From contig OZ037767.1 of the NCBI GenBank assembly GCA_964035545.1, positions 30,892,628 through 30,956,627 on the forward strand: a stretch of DNA of 64,000 bases, written 5' to 3'. Positions 1 to 12,809 of this stretch are shown here, piece after piece. The stretch's first letter is position 1, and each line of letters opens with the position of its first letter. The position numbers and the translations under genes are program-made. The DNA is from Bugula neritina (lineage: Eukaryota; Animalia; Bryozoa). Below the pieces are notes generated by a model, which was not told where the DNA came from, made no database searches, and saw only the letters and a program-made list of their open reading frames with translations.

Positions 1-295
1 ATAATCTAAATCATAATGTAAAACTAAATGTTATACTGATACTTAACTTATACCTACTTATACTTATAGTTATTGTTTTAGTTCAACTGTTTAAGTAATA
101 CTTATTGTAACTAATTAGATATTAGTTCAACTGAAAGCGATATAAATTTAAACAAAATTCAACTCAATAACTTACGATCAATATGCTTGCAACATTTTCT
201 TTTATTGCAATTTTGATTGCTTCGGGTCACTTCAGTTACTTTTAGTACTAGAACATTATTATACGAAGTATTGTGATAAAATAAATAATACTGAC

Positions 296-309
296 CTTGA
301 CATTTTCAT
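296..309 (-). CDS. Possible first coding exon (MKMS...) of a gene extending beyond the left edge
   Basis: Minus strand reads ATG AAA ATG TCA AG|gtcagt, with the donor at 295. A small GC-richer patch at about 575-605 could be its promoter. Bases 1-295 show the same periodic signature as other first introns in this window. No homology support. Confidence 0.3.
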
Positions 310-1252
310 CCAAGTGTATTTAGCGTCAAGCCCCGAACCAATTAGGAAATATTTTGGATTTTTTACTTTTGATTATTTTTTAAGAAAAGAGCTTCAAAAT
401 AAATTAAAAAAAAATTGAGTTGTTGTTCACATTGAAGAAAATATGTGATCTAATTTTCTAAGCCCAGAAAGTTACTAGAGAGCCACAATATTATTTTAAA
501 AAAATCTTTATCTTCTCGCAGATCTCTATATATTGGTATAGAGAAATGAGGGGTAACTCCGACTTAAATTTTTCTTCTCTCAGCCGCCGCACGTCATTAT
601 CGGTACTATTAACATATATACTTCAATTAACTTTTTTGGTGTATTAGGCTTAGAATTTTTTTTACAAATCTTTCAGATGCAACTAACAAAACATGTTCTT
701 TTACTTAAAAGTGATTGATTATTTCAAAATAACATGGATTCCTAGAATGTTTAATAGTGAGATGAGGAATAGAAAACTTACCACATAGACTATCTAAGAT
801 GCAGAACTGAGAAAAACAGTAAAGAAACAGAAGCAAAGTCCCAAACATTCAACTGCATGCAAGACTACGTAATAAATACTTTATCCTATAAGTAATCAAT
901 ATCATGCCATAACATCTACTCCCACCTTCAACTCTCTTATACATCATGCTAAGTTCCAGGTTTAAAATACAAGTAATTACCAGGTACAGAGGCTATGTAT
1001 TGTCGGAGGGCAGAGGGTTAAGTTATGACTTTCTTTGTAGCATTTGATGTGATACGACGTGTTTCCCACCGTATGGTCATGTGACCTTGAAGCCAACTAA
1101 TGTAATCAGTGTATGCGATTAGCCAGGAAGTAGCTTGTTAGGAGTTTATGAAATATAAATTAGCCAGACTCCGAATATATACTTGTATGACAGTCCACTG
1201 CCCAGCTATATAAAGTGTAGTTAATAGAAAATATATAACCCCTTATAGGGTA

Positions 1253-1460
<208 letters not shown>

Positions 1461-1763
1461 ACGTGTATTAAAAAGAATTATTATGGTAGCACCTAAAAAG
1501 ACGTCAATGAGTCAATGAATCCGTATTAAATTTATTATTTTGGTTAAAGTGAAAACATGTTAACTGTTAAAATGCAATAATTTAATTTAAATTCCATCTA
1601 CAAATATAAACAATTGAGTTAATAATAAACTACACCATATTGCGTATCAAATTGATGAAAGGAATGAATACTACTACCCCAAGCAGCCAATAAACAGACA
1701 GTAAACAAGAGCTTGACCAATTGCCTAACTGTACACAATTGTGACTTGCCAGTTTGTTATAAA

Positions 1764-4700
1764 CTATTGCACTTGACATTCATTTCGGCATAGGGGGCAT
1801 GCTAATGGATTTTTAGCTAGTAAGTTAATTAGTGCTTTCTGCAGATCACCCCCTGTCTGCGCTAGTTCTTGCTCCGCCTGTTGTCGACTAAACCCGTTGG
1901 ATATTAACGTCTGCACAAGGTGTTCTGGGTAAATGGGAGTTGGTCCTCGGGAGGAAGTAGATTGTGCAGCAGACGTTGAGGGTGCTGAGGTTGCCGGAGG
2001 TTGAGATTGACTAGAAGGTTTTCCTAAAAGAAATCCGTAAACTCAGTTAGACAGAAAGTAACTTGAAAAGACTTTGTTGAAATAACATAATAGTCGGCTA
2101 TTCAAGTAAACAACCGTCTCTTCAAATTACAATTCATAAATTCAAAATAAACTCATCATACAGTCTAAACAACATAAAGATATTGGATGTAGAAACTCCT
2201 ATTAGTAAATGATAACCCGGACTGTAACCAAGCAATGGCCTTGAAATGACCTTGATGCAGCAGACAGAGTGCAGACGTACCTGCAGAAGCCTCGGCCGAC
2301 TTGAGCATTGCCTCTGCCATGTCCCGGTCCTGCTCCGTGGCACTGATGGACCTGTTGAGGCGGGCATTCTCGGGTAGCTCCGCCTCTGGCAGGAAGGGAG
2401 TCTCCGTGCCGGTTGTGCCGATTACTAACAGGTTTTTCCGCAAGTCTATGCAGCACTGTACAACATATTATGGATATATTACTCGTAACCAAGTTGCATC
2501 ATACTTTGCTAACTTGAAACGTATTGTATGCAATAAACATTTACTAAAATTGATTATTTTTATTTATCGCAATTCATAGAAAAAAGGACAATAATGGATG
2601 TATCAAAACATTATTTAGTTTCTAAATTACAAGCAGCTTAAACACTGCACATTTTGAGTTTAATTTGAAGTTACAAGAATGAACAACTCTTTAGCTCAAC
2701 TCATATTAACTAAATGTCTCATAAAAGTGTCACATATAAATTTACTACAGAAACCTGAGAAAACAACAATCATAACAGTTTGCAACAAAACAGCATAACA
2801 ACTGCATATAACATTTGATGTAACAATATTTTCTATCTTTAGGATAACATCAGGAATTAGCCTGATTGCACACAATGGTTTCACCCCCCCCCTCCTTGAC
2901 TTGCTTTAGTGAGGATTAGCCATTCAAATAACCTGACTACACACAATAGAAACTAGAATGGATGCACATAATGACCTTGAAAGGCTACCACACTCATTCA
3001 CTCACACTTACACTGTACCACAAACCATGGCACACAAACACAGGTATGACTGAGAGCACCTGCTAGTCACTGTCATGTCACACAGAGTGACAGGAATTAC
3101 CTGGTGCCTTTTCAACATGTCTAGACCTAACAGCATGTCCATTTGCTGATCTTCCAGTATGGAGAAAGAGCACTGAAGGTGATCATTGTTGATGGATATT
3201 TGACCTGAAAATTCAACAAAACATTGGCACATTTATACACAATTCAACAAACCATTGGCACATTTATACACCACAATTTAAATATATTCAACAGATGTAA
3301 AGATAATGACTCACACATATGGATTCTTCCCAGAATCCTCTGTACTCCGACTCCTTTAGCTATGCCTGCCCACCGTGTGTCCATGAGGTAACTGATGTGA
3401 CACCTGTCAGCACATGCCTTGCTCATAATAGTCATCTGGGCACCTGCACAGTGAGTCAATGTTGGTGACACACTTAGTGTGACTGTGATGGAGTAGTGTG
3501 AATAGAGAGTTCATATTTCCATATAAAGGATTTTCATAATAAACCTGACCCTACTACACACTTAGTACATTCATCTGACATTTCATAGGTTAGAACCAAA
3601 TAAAACTTGAGAGAAATACTGAACACCTGGTTCACCTGAGTGTGAGAATTAGCTACCTGAGTCTACGAATGCCTTGACATGGTGCCCGTTGACTTTACAA
3701 TTGATATACAACATGTGAACCTGGCCAAAACTCTCCGGGGAGAACTCCATAGCTGCCTCCATGTTGGCGTTGACATTCGCTTGCTGAATGGAGGCAGCTA
3801 TCCGCCTTTGTACCTGCAGCAAACAAATAACTGATAGCAAACAAATAACTGACCTTGAGGAAGGACTGAAACTTGACTGGCATATACTATATAATATTTG
3901 ACAGCCTAACTTTTCACAAAGCTGTATTATTAAATCTCCAAAACATAAATTAATTTTACCTCCGGGTCAAAAGGGTCTCCGGTGAGAAGAGCTCTCTCTT
4001 CTGCTTCTCTTCTATTTTTTTCTTCTGCTTGTTTTCGAAACTCAACAGCAAATTTTTCTAAACATAAAAAAACAAAATGATGTATTGTTACTGTAAATAC
4101 TATTGCTACTACTACCACTAACAATACATACTAATATTACTACTAATACCACTTATATTACTAATATTACTACTACTAACTGTTACTAACAACAATTTTA
4201 GGTAACTCGAAAGGAATAAGCTAAAGTTGTGAGACCCAAGCAAATCCTCTTTTCTAAAGACAACACAATAGTAAAGTAGTTATTCCTCAAACATGTTCAC
4301 TACCAACTAACAGTCACTAACAGTCACTACTAACTACCAGTCACTACTAACTACCAGTCACTACTAACTACCAGTCACTACTAACTAACAGTCACTACCG
4401 ACTGTGGCTACTCAAATAAGATGTGACCAACATACCAGGGTCACCACTCAGCAAAGCTTCAGCCATAGGTGGGTTATTCTGCTTGAGTAAGGCTATTTCA
4501 TGAGGACTAGTGAGCAGGAGTTCTCGAAGTGCGTACGGGTCGGTGGGGTTTCTTGAGGGCCTCTGCTGTGGGGCTCCAGTTGGGGGTGCTATACCACTGA
4601 AGTCTATCGTAGGAGCGGCTGAGAGACCCGGTGCTGAGCAATACACAATAATTTTATTTTGCAGCAAGTTTTTGACAACTAAAAACACTGAATACTACAT

Positions 4701-5725
4701 CATGCTTACTTAATGTTACACTAAACCTCTGCTTGATTGAATTAGCAGTAGCAAATACATTATACTATATCTATAAACAACTTACAACTTTAAAATTGTA
4801 TTTTGAATTACTAGTAAAATATTAGCCGTGACAGGTTACAATGCAGTGAAAGTAGCCATCAGCCAGTGGCCAATTTAAATTCAAATCTAATTAGCAGCCA
4901 ATAAATATCAGTTATAATTTACTTGAAGTAAAAACTCAAAAAGAAAATGAGTTAAAAAAGTTTGATAAAAATAGTCATTATATTGAAAAGATATTAGACC
5001 AATAATTGAATCACTGATACTTATAAATTTTATAATGATACTAATTTTGAGTATCCGATACTGAAATTTGCTTGTTCTTCATGTGTGTTAGTGTGACGTG
5101 AGCTCACCAAACAGTTAATATTGATAACGTTTTAGCTTTCCAAGTGTTTATATGACACAGGTCGATCACTAACAAACTGCGGTTAAACTTATAGTTATAC
5201 TTATACTAATAGTAATACAATACGTATTAATTTGAATATTGCCATTGGCATTAGACTTAATCATTACAGCTATTGCCAATACTAATACTAATAGTAATAC
5301 CAACAGTGGCATAAGTTATTCATTTATAAAACTATTTATTTAACATCAACTATCTTTATGTCAAGTAATAACAATAAAGTAAACTAAAAAATAACGATAA
5401 AAATTGAGTTCAAACTTAGGCCGAAGGTGAAGGTAAAACTAAAAGTTAATCAAAATGAGAATTAAAATGTCTTGCACTCACCAGCGCGAGGATCATTTCG
5501 GTTATGGAGAGGCTGCAAGAACAACATTTCGCCATCACTTATCCCATACTGACCAACAGTCTTCTTATTATCTGTTAACGGAGTACCATTCCAGACCAAC
5601 GTTATATTAGCTGAAGGAATGCCACTTTCCATTTCACAATACACCTTCAGATTTTCTATTTCTATATCATCCGATACTTCCAACGTGAACAAATCATCTT
5701 TAAACGTAGTTACTGAAAGCTTCAT
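1764..5725 (-). CDS. DDI1: DNA damage-inducible protein 1 homolog (UBL - helical domain - retroviral-like aspartic protease - UBA), 8 exons, about 454 aa
   Basis: Exons 5725-5482, 4633-4436, 4057-3960, 3813-3657, 3443-3315, 3204-3101, 2455-2281, 2023-1764. All introns GT-AG, phases consistent, 1365 nt total. Hallmark sequences: N-terminal ubiquitin-like domain; [17 protein letters not shown]; [35 protein letters not shown]; [18 protein letters not shown]; [13 protein letters not shown]; UBA-like [25 protein letters not shown]. Confidence 0.95.
3210..3271. repeat. 31-bp tandem duplication in DDI1 intron 5
   Basis: aattcaacaaa(a/c)cattggcacatttatacac x2, abutting the acceptor at 3205. Confidence 0.9.
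4297..4398. repeat. 17-bp minisatellite (cagtcactactaactac), about 5 copies, DDI1 intron 2
   Basis: Units start at 4321, 4338, 4355, 4372 and 4389. Confidence 0.9.
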
Positions 5726-6281
5726 CAGTATAACTTCAAAAACAATGACTAGAAAACGATGGCAAAAACTTTCCAGTGAATATTAATCAGATTTGGAGGT
5801 TTGTCCACTAATCAAAATTGAAATGTGAAAGCAGATACGACGCTTACAACTGAAACTTTTGTTCTTTGAAATCGGAATTCCCAAACATTCAACTTCCTGT
5901 TAAACTAGTAAAACTTGTAACTAGTAGCATATTTTGTCGTGTTTCTTTTTTATTTTTTTTTTAAATATAAATTTGTCTAAAAACTTGTTTATCTGTTGTT
6001 TTCTTTCAAATTTTGAACATAAGCGGACGTCAGCAATCTAGTTCATGAGACGACAAATCCTGTATTATTCAGCAGTGTTGTAAACTTACTGTATAATTAT
6101 AGTTGTATATAGCTAGTACTATGTGGTCTGTAGTTCGAACTGCTGAAATATGTATTATATTTAAATGCTTTGAATTATAACATTATGTATTATTTTGTTT
6201 TTGTTTTATTATATCATTTCGTAGTTATATGATGCAATTTATAGTATTGCATTATAGTGTAATAGTTTGCTAAGTGTACAT

Positions 6282-7451
6282 CAGGGTTGGGGTAATTGTA
6301 ATTTGTAATTGTAATTGGTTGTAATTAATTACATTTTTTCAAGTAATTGAATGTAATTTGTAATTGATGTATAAAAATGTAATTGTAATTGTAATTGTAA
6401 TTAATTACATTGCTAATGTAATTGAATTTTACAATTACTTTATAATTACATGTCAATTACTTCAAACTTTCAAATCTTGAAAAAATCATTCTTTTCCTAC
6501 CATATCTACTGTTAAATAACAAGTTCAGATTAAGTCAATAAAGTATAGGGTCATTCCATGCTAACTCACCACATGGCCGGTGCCTTTGTGTCTCAGAGTT
6601 TGTTCATATTTACACCAAATATGCCTACATATGTCCTGAGCACTTTTCTTAAACATTTTTGGCCTGACAGAAAACTTTTTGAGAAATGACTAAGGTTGGG
6701 AAAAACTTTAAGGAAAATTGGTGATTTCTACTTTTAGAGCAATTTATAAATGTCTATATCCCAACCATTTTTCTAGACTAAGTCTTAAAATTTGCTGTGC
6801 GATTTGATAGTACCTATCAACTTGCACTAGTAGCAACACATACTACAGAACAATTTGTGTGCATATATGCTAAACCATCGAATATGGGTAAATTTTGAAA
6901 AAAGTTTAAATATCCCCCACATCAATTTTTGAGGCTCAGTCTAAAAAAATGGTTGAGATATAGACATAATTTATAAGTTGGTCTAAAAGTAGAAATCACA
7001 AATTTTCCTCAAAAGTTTTCCCAACCTTTGTCCACAAATGTAGTAATTTCTCAAAAGGTTTTTGTGTCATATCAGAAATATTCACGAATAGTACACCGGA
7101 AATGTGTAAATATAAGCAAAATCTGAGAAGCAAAGGCGTGGGACCCCTTAAAATTTGGTTGATTTGGCATGGATTGACCCTATAGTGTCACTATTGGGAA
7201 CAAAGGAGGTTCACCACTGTCAACATTGCCCTTGGTAGTTGCACCCCAGAAGTGACATTGTATAACTTTTAGTTATCCCTTGTGAGAACAAAAGTAATTG
7301 TAATTGTAATTAATTACATTACCATGTAATTGTAATTGTAATTAATTACATTACCTTTTAACTGTAATTATAATTGTAATTGTAATTGACAAATCTTCAT
7401 GTAATTGTAATTGTAATTAATTACATTTACATGTAATTGACCCCAACCCTG
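6282..7451. mobile_element. Non-autonomous hAT-superfamily DNA transposon
   Basis: TIRs CAGGGTTGGGG (6282) and CCCCAACCCTG (7451); perfect 8-bp TSD GTGTACAT (6274-6281 and 7452-7459); subterminal (TGTAAT)n arrays; no transposase ORF. Confidence 0.9.
6548..7180. mobile_element. Foldback MITE nested inside the hAT element
   Basis: Termini GGGTCATTCCATGCTAACTCA and TGATTTGGCATGGATTGACCC (3 mismatches in 21). Inverted similarity extends inward (about 6695-6792 vs 6925-7027). Flanked by TATA on both sides (TA or TATA TSD). Confidence 0.8.
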
Positions 7452-7777
7452 GTGTACATACCTAAAATAGCTGTAAATGCATGCTCAATCATTGCTTTTT
7501 ATGAAAATAGAATATATACTTTTGTCTATAATTATTTATTCATTATTGTATTTATTTCATATGTGTAAAAACTGAATGCTGCAAAATTATTATATTATAG
7601 CAAATTCTGATGCCAAGACAAGTGAAATTTGAAAAGTTGTAAGCTGCAAAATAACAATTTTGGTTAATATAATAGCTATATGTGGTAACCGTGGTAAAAG
7701 TGGCAACTATGAGAAATATGACAACAGAGAACAGCTAAGAAATTTACAGACTCTATTTTTTGGTAAACTCCTTGAGA

Positions 7778-7860
7778 ACCATGGTGATAGGCTAACTAGT
7801 CACCATGGTAATAGGCTAACTGGGCACCATGGCGATAGGCTAACTGGTCGCCATGGTAAT
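7778..7860. repeat. 24-bp minisatellite (ccatggtgataggctaactagtca-like), about 3.4 copies, in the 3' UTR of lipocalin A
   Basis: Direct repeats visible; source of the HGDRLT repeat ORF. Confidence 0.85.
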
Positions 7861-7871
7861 ATTGCCACCAA

Positions 7872-9562
7872 TCAATTGTCAGAGCAGTCCTGAACTGTAT
7901 CTAAGAAGTCTTTAGTATTAATTCCGTTCTTTGTGAACACATCTAGATACATCTTCATGTCTTCATCACTCACATCTCTCTCTCGAGTCAGTATCCACGC
8001 GTACTGCGAGTTTAATATTCCAGGTATTGTCTGAAACATCAACATCTATTTTGTATGACTATATTATAACATGTGTAACACTCTCATTGGACAGGGTGCT
8101 AAGGTATGATGTACTATATACTCTATATAACATGTGTAACACTCTCATTGGACAGTTACTTACCTCTCGGCAGCTGTACACGAGGCCATATTTATTTGGG
8201 TCAGCAGCCAGTAGGTTGTAGTTCCCAAAAGGAGTCCCTGTATAAAATAATACAAGGCATGGGTAATTTGGAGTTATATAAACTTTCTTCTGGGTAACAC
8301 CTTACATTCTTAGCATGTACAATTATGTTGTTTTGCTGACTGTATGAATTCTAATTTCATTCTATGAAATTAGCCCCTCATGTAATAGTTTGAATACAAT
8401 GACTAGATTAGCACTGCTGTTGCTATATAAACGCTATATGTTGGGTACTAATGGTTAATATAATTCTACCACCATTATAATATATTTAGCTACGTGAACT
8501 GTTATGTAAATATAATAAAAATACTGTAATATGGCAGCAACTCGATAATGAACTATGATGGATGTAGAACCAGTCTACTTTAACCTTGACCTCACCTGGG
8601 TAGAATCTGACGTAACAGGCTGACGTTAGGTTCTTATCACAGTAGGCTTCTCCTACCTGGGCATATCTCTCTCCCTGCCTGCATGTAGAATAACCTAGCT
8701 TTAGCTTTAAATAGTTGTGACAGGGTGGAGTTTAGGTCGTAGGATATTATTTGTTAAATATATATAAAATAAAACTGTATAATATAAGCTGTTAAAATAG
8801 CTTGCAAGCTTACATTATTCAATATATTGAATTCCTTCTACAATTTACATAAAGTATATTTGGTTTGCAGCATAGAATTCATACTAATTAGCTATCATAT
8901 ATTGTAGATTTGTATACTATTAGGTATTTATCGCCACTTAAGCTCATTGTAAATAGCTATATATGGACTGTTATATAAATATACTAATTCAGGTAAATAG
9001 TCTTGACTCACTTTAAAGAAAAGCCGGAGTTCTCAACTTTGACCATACCATTTCCTTTGGGGGTGTATTCAGCGTTGACGCACTTTGATCCAATCTCAAA
9101 TATAGTCCAGAACCTCTTTTGCTCGTAGAATCTGCCAGAGAAATACTGCAAAAAATTTTAAAATAAATATCTATTTATTGTAAAATGCAAAATACAAATG
9201 CGCTGCACTGAGAAGTTGCCTTTTCAGAGAGAACAGATGGCATCAAGACTCTAGTACTCAAAGTTGGAGTACTAAGGGAGTTTTATGCCAGAGCTTTAAA
9301 CACCGAGCAGCATTCATATGATGTTTTACTCTGTGAGGTTTAAATTGAATTATTTCTGACTAATTTGTTACTAAATGTTTTCAATAACATTATTTACTAC
9401 AGAAATTATAAAACTTACAATTTACAAGCACAGGCATACCTTAGAGGGATCGAAGTTCTTTTGTAACTCTACTCTTGGACATCTGCCAAGCTTTGTTATT
9501 TGACTTTCAGCTACACTAAATAAGTAGACAGCTACAACAGCAACACCTACGATGTTCTTCAT
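7872..9562 (-). CDS. Apolipoprotein D-like lipocalin, copy A (190 aa, signal peptide)
   Basis: Exons 9562-9440, 9145-9012, 8678-8596, 8237-8164, 8030-7872 (573 nt). Protein: MKNIVGVAVVAVYLFSVAES...GRCPRVELQKNFDPSKYFSGRFYEQKRF...KCVNAEY...YGLVYSC...YAWILTRE...QDC. The GxCP..Q.NFD, C..A.Y, VYSC, AWILxR and terminal Q..C motifs are ApoD hallmarks. Confidence 0.88.
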
Positions 9563-10052
9563 GTTTTCTCACTGCAGCTTGGCTCTTCGTATGTTAATTG
9601 ACTGCTGCAGATTATTTCCAACCTCTTATGTCCTACTTACACTTATGTAACAACAAAAGTAGAGGTTAGACAATTATTCAATTCTTCTTATTAACTGTAT
9701 AGGCAAATCACTCAATATCTTAAACCACTAATCGGAGTTGTGCAGCTCTAACTTGTAGGTTAAGAATGAAATATGTGAGAATTGAAACATGTGTTACAAA
9801 GATAACCACCTTTGTTGACAAAAGGAAATATTTATACTTTAGAGAGACTTTAAAACTTGGAGTTGTGTTCTCCTTAGCAAAATATCTCGCTTATAATACA
9901 ATTATTTATTATTTAGTTTGATAATTTTTATTTCAACTAATTGAACTGCATGAACCTTTTCCTTTTGTTTCATTACTTATTGTTTCATTACTTTATTGAC
10001 CGTGCATGGAGGTGAAGGTGATGCAGAAGGCAATATTATAACATGCTCATAG

Positions 10053-10258
10053 CAGGGTTGGGGCCAATTACATATGAGTGTAATTAGTTACAATTAATTT
10101 TAAATGAGAATTTGTCAATTACAATTATAATTACAATTACAGCTAAAAAGTAATGTAATTATAATTACAATTACATGATAATGTAGTTAATTGCAATTAC
10201 AATTACAATTGTTCTCACAAGGGATAAATAAAAGTTATATAGGTACAATGTCACTTCT
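10053..10258 (-). mobile_element. Truncated inverted copy of the right end of the hAT element
   Basis: Begins CAGGGTTGGGG and is a diverged reverse-complement match to about 7248-7451, including gttctcacaagggataa and caatgtcacttct. Confidence 0.85.
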
Positions 10259-11262
10259 AGCGCCTAAGTTTTCTAAAGGTAAAAGATGCTCTTACAGCCG
10301 CTGTCGGTGTTTTCACTGACTATCACCCTTTAGTGTGAGCACAAGGGTTGGGCAAATATTTTTATTGACACCATGACCAATTTCACTCTGATTTGAAATT
10401 TTTATTGCTATAGTTAGTACTTCATACTGTATTTGCTTCATGTATATATTATGTAATGTACTTCTGGTCTATAATATTTACATATATAGCATATAACTTC
10501 AGTATAACTGGTCATAAAACAATATATTTCAGTGTTAGTATTTGTAACTCAGTTTGGTTTAGAAAGTTGTTATGTAACTGCAAACAAAATATAAAATATT
10601 ATTATGCAAACATCTTACATACAAGATTATACCACTATTAAAATTAATATAAAATTATTATCCAAAAGAAATAGATCGTCAAAGCAACTTAAGTTGGATG
10701 ATTAGGAAAGCTACAGTATATTCTACAGCTTTTAAAAGAATGATTGTGAGAAATAAGAAGTGAGGTGCTGTTCACTATTTAAGATTTTTTTTCTTTATAC
10801 TAGTATATATAAGCATTATAATTCTGATATTATAAAATATAATAGACCACATACATATAGGCCTACAGGTATCTATATGGGCATGGTAATAATGATGGTG
10901 CAGTTTGATGTTTCAAATAGTCTAATATTAAATAGTGTAGATGATTTCATACTTTTTATAATTCTGTTACGGGTTTAATGTAGCTCATGCAAAACATCCT
11001 TGTTACAGTCTATACACAGGAGTTTGAGGATTGCATCAAGTAATGTATAGCAATTGATATTAAAACAATGTAAATATAACTGAAGTTTTTCAATTTTATT
11101 GTATGATGATAAATATTAAATATACAATAAACTATATAAAATTTGGCACATTATAACATTAAAACATGTTATTTTAAAGCTCTGGTCCTGTCAATGTTTA
11201 ACAAGTGATTGCTAGTAGCTGGAAACAGCTACTCTAGCACTTGCCATCAAGTGTCAACTGAC

Positions 11263-12632
11263 TCAGTTGTCGGAACAGTCTTGGAGAATGTCATCAAAGG
11301 AATCAATATCAACTCCATTCTTCTTAAAAACATCCAAATATTTTTTCATGTCCTCAGAGCTAACTGTCTTCTCTCTCGTCAATATCCAAGCGTATTGCAT
11401 GTTCACCAATCCCGCTAGCTGAAAAGAGATTAAAACTTTTTAATTAACTAAACTGTAAAGCACAGTATTTATTTAATAGATTTTATAGCAATGTAAAATT
11501 CACCAAACACAAAGGATATCATAGCAGAAGAAACTTCAAAGCTAATGCTATACTCTAAGTAAATATTTGCCTGGTGTGTTAAGTTGTTTGAAGAATGGTT
11601 GTAAATAATTCAGTGTAAAATTAAAAAAAAAACTTGCCTCGCTACAGCTGTAGACCAGCCCATATTTGTTAGGATCAGCGGCTAGCAAATTGTACTTTCC
11701 ATATGGTGTACCTGAATAAAATGGAAAGAATATTATAGAGTGAAGTATATCTTATAAGGTGTATTCATCAATTTAAAATATTTCAATTAACATGTACAGC
11801 AAGGTGAATATCAGTTACAATGAATGTAGAACATCATTTTGATAAGTTCTATTCTATCTAAATCATCTCACCGGGATAGAATTGGACAAAACAGGCTGAG
11901 GTTGTGTTTGTGTCGCAATAAGCTTCTCCAACCTGGGAAAACCGGCTTCCATCTCTAAAACAAATGACATTGAGATTGTGAATTAGCAGTAAAAAGCAAA
12001 ATTTCAAATTAAAAGCAAAGTATTGTCATAAATTGAATATTTAAATATGTATTCAACTTTATGTAAAATATAAAGCTTATATAAAACTGTTGATACAAGT
12101 TTATTATTTTTAGGTTGTCAAATGCTCATATATGCAGCATAATATTATATGCAGTGGCTGATAACAATTATATATAACTAGCAGTTAACAATATAATAGC
12201 ACACAGAAAGAAAAGCAATACTAAGCTGTGTAAAGGGTTACATTCAACTTACTTTTCAGACAGGCCAGAGTTTTCTACTCTTACTTTGCCATCTTTCCTC
12301 ACGGAATACTCAGCATGAACACATTTTGTTCCAGTTTCAAAGGCATTCCAGAATCTTTTTTGTTCATAATATTTTCCACTGAAGTACTGAAAATGCATGA
12401 AATAAAAACTGTGTAATACAATATCAGTTAGCTTTAATTGACAATAAACTAAAATAAAATTGATAATTTGAGTTTGGAATATTTATATGTTTTAACCATT
12501 AAGTTTCATACTCACCTTTGCAGGGTCGAAATTTTGCTGCAAAGTAATGTCGGGACAACCCCCGAATCCTAATTTCTGGCAGTTGGCTAAAGATAGAAGC
12601 CCTAGACTCAGTATAATTATTAAACTATTCAT
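11263..12632 (-). CDS. Apolipoprotein D-like lipocalin, copy B (187 aa)
   Basis: Exons 12632-12516, 12386-12253, 11954-11872, 11711-11638 (GC donor), 11418-11263 (564 nt). Internal exon sizes 134/83/74 match copy A. Motifs GGCPDITLQQNFDPAKYFSGKYYEQKRF and YAWILTREK. Confidence 0.88.
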
Positions 12633-12713
12633 TGTAGTGTCTATGTTACAGAGTAATGTGTCTTGGTTGCACCTGGAGTGATAAAGAATGATTAGCTGTT
12701 CCACTTTCCTCAC

Positions 12714-12809
12714 TTTTATACTAATATTTTGGAGAGCGTCTAGTGTGTGTACCAATTTACTTCCTTACATAACTTTTACCTTGGTTCACAAATTCTAAAA
12801 CTTATGTAA
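12714..12809 (-). promoter_or_regulatory. Lipocalin B proximal promoter: TATAAAA plus D-box-like sites
   Basis: TATAAAA on minus at 12714-12720; GTTATGTAA on minus at 12765-12773; TTATGTAA at 12802-12809. The TATA and first site are conserved in copy C. Confidence 0.55.

Noticed and set aside
3101-3813. DDI1 retroviral-like protease as a domestication from the neighbouring Gypsy elements
   Set aside because: DDI1 is an ancient pan-eukaryotic gene and is intron-split here; the proximity is coincidental.
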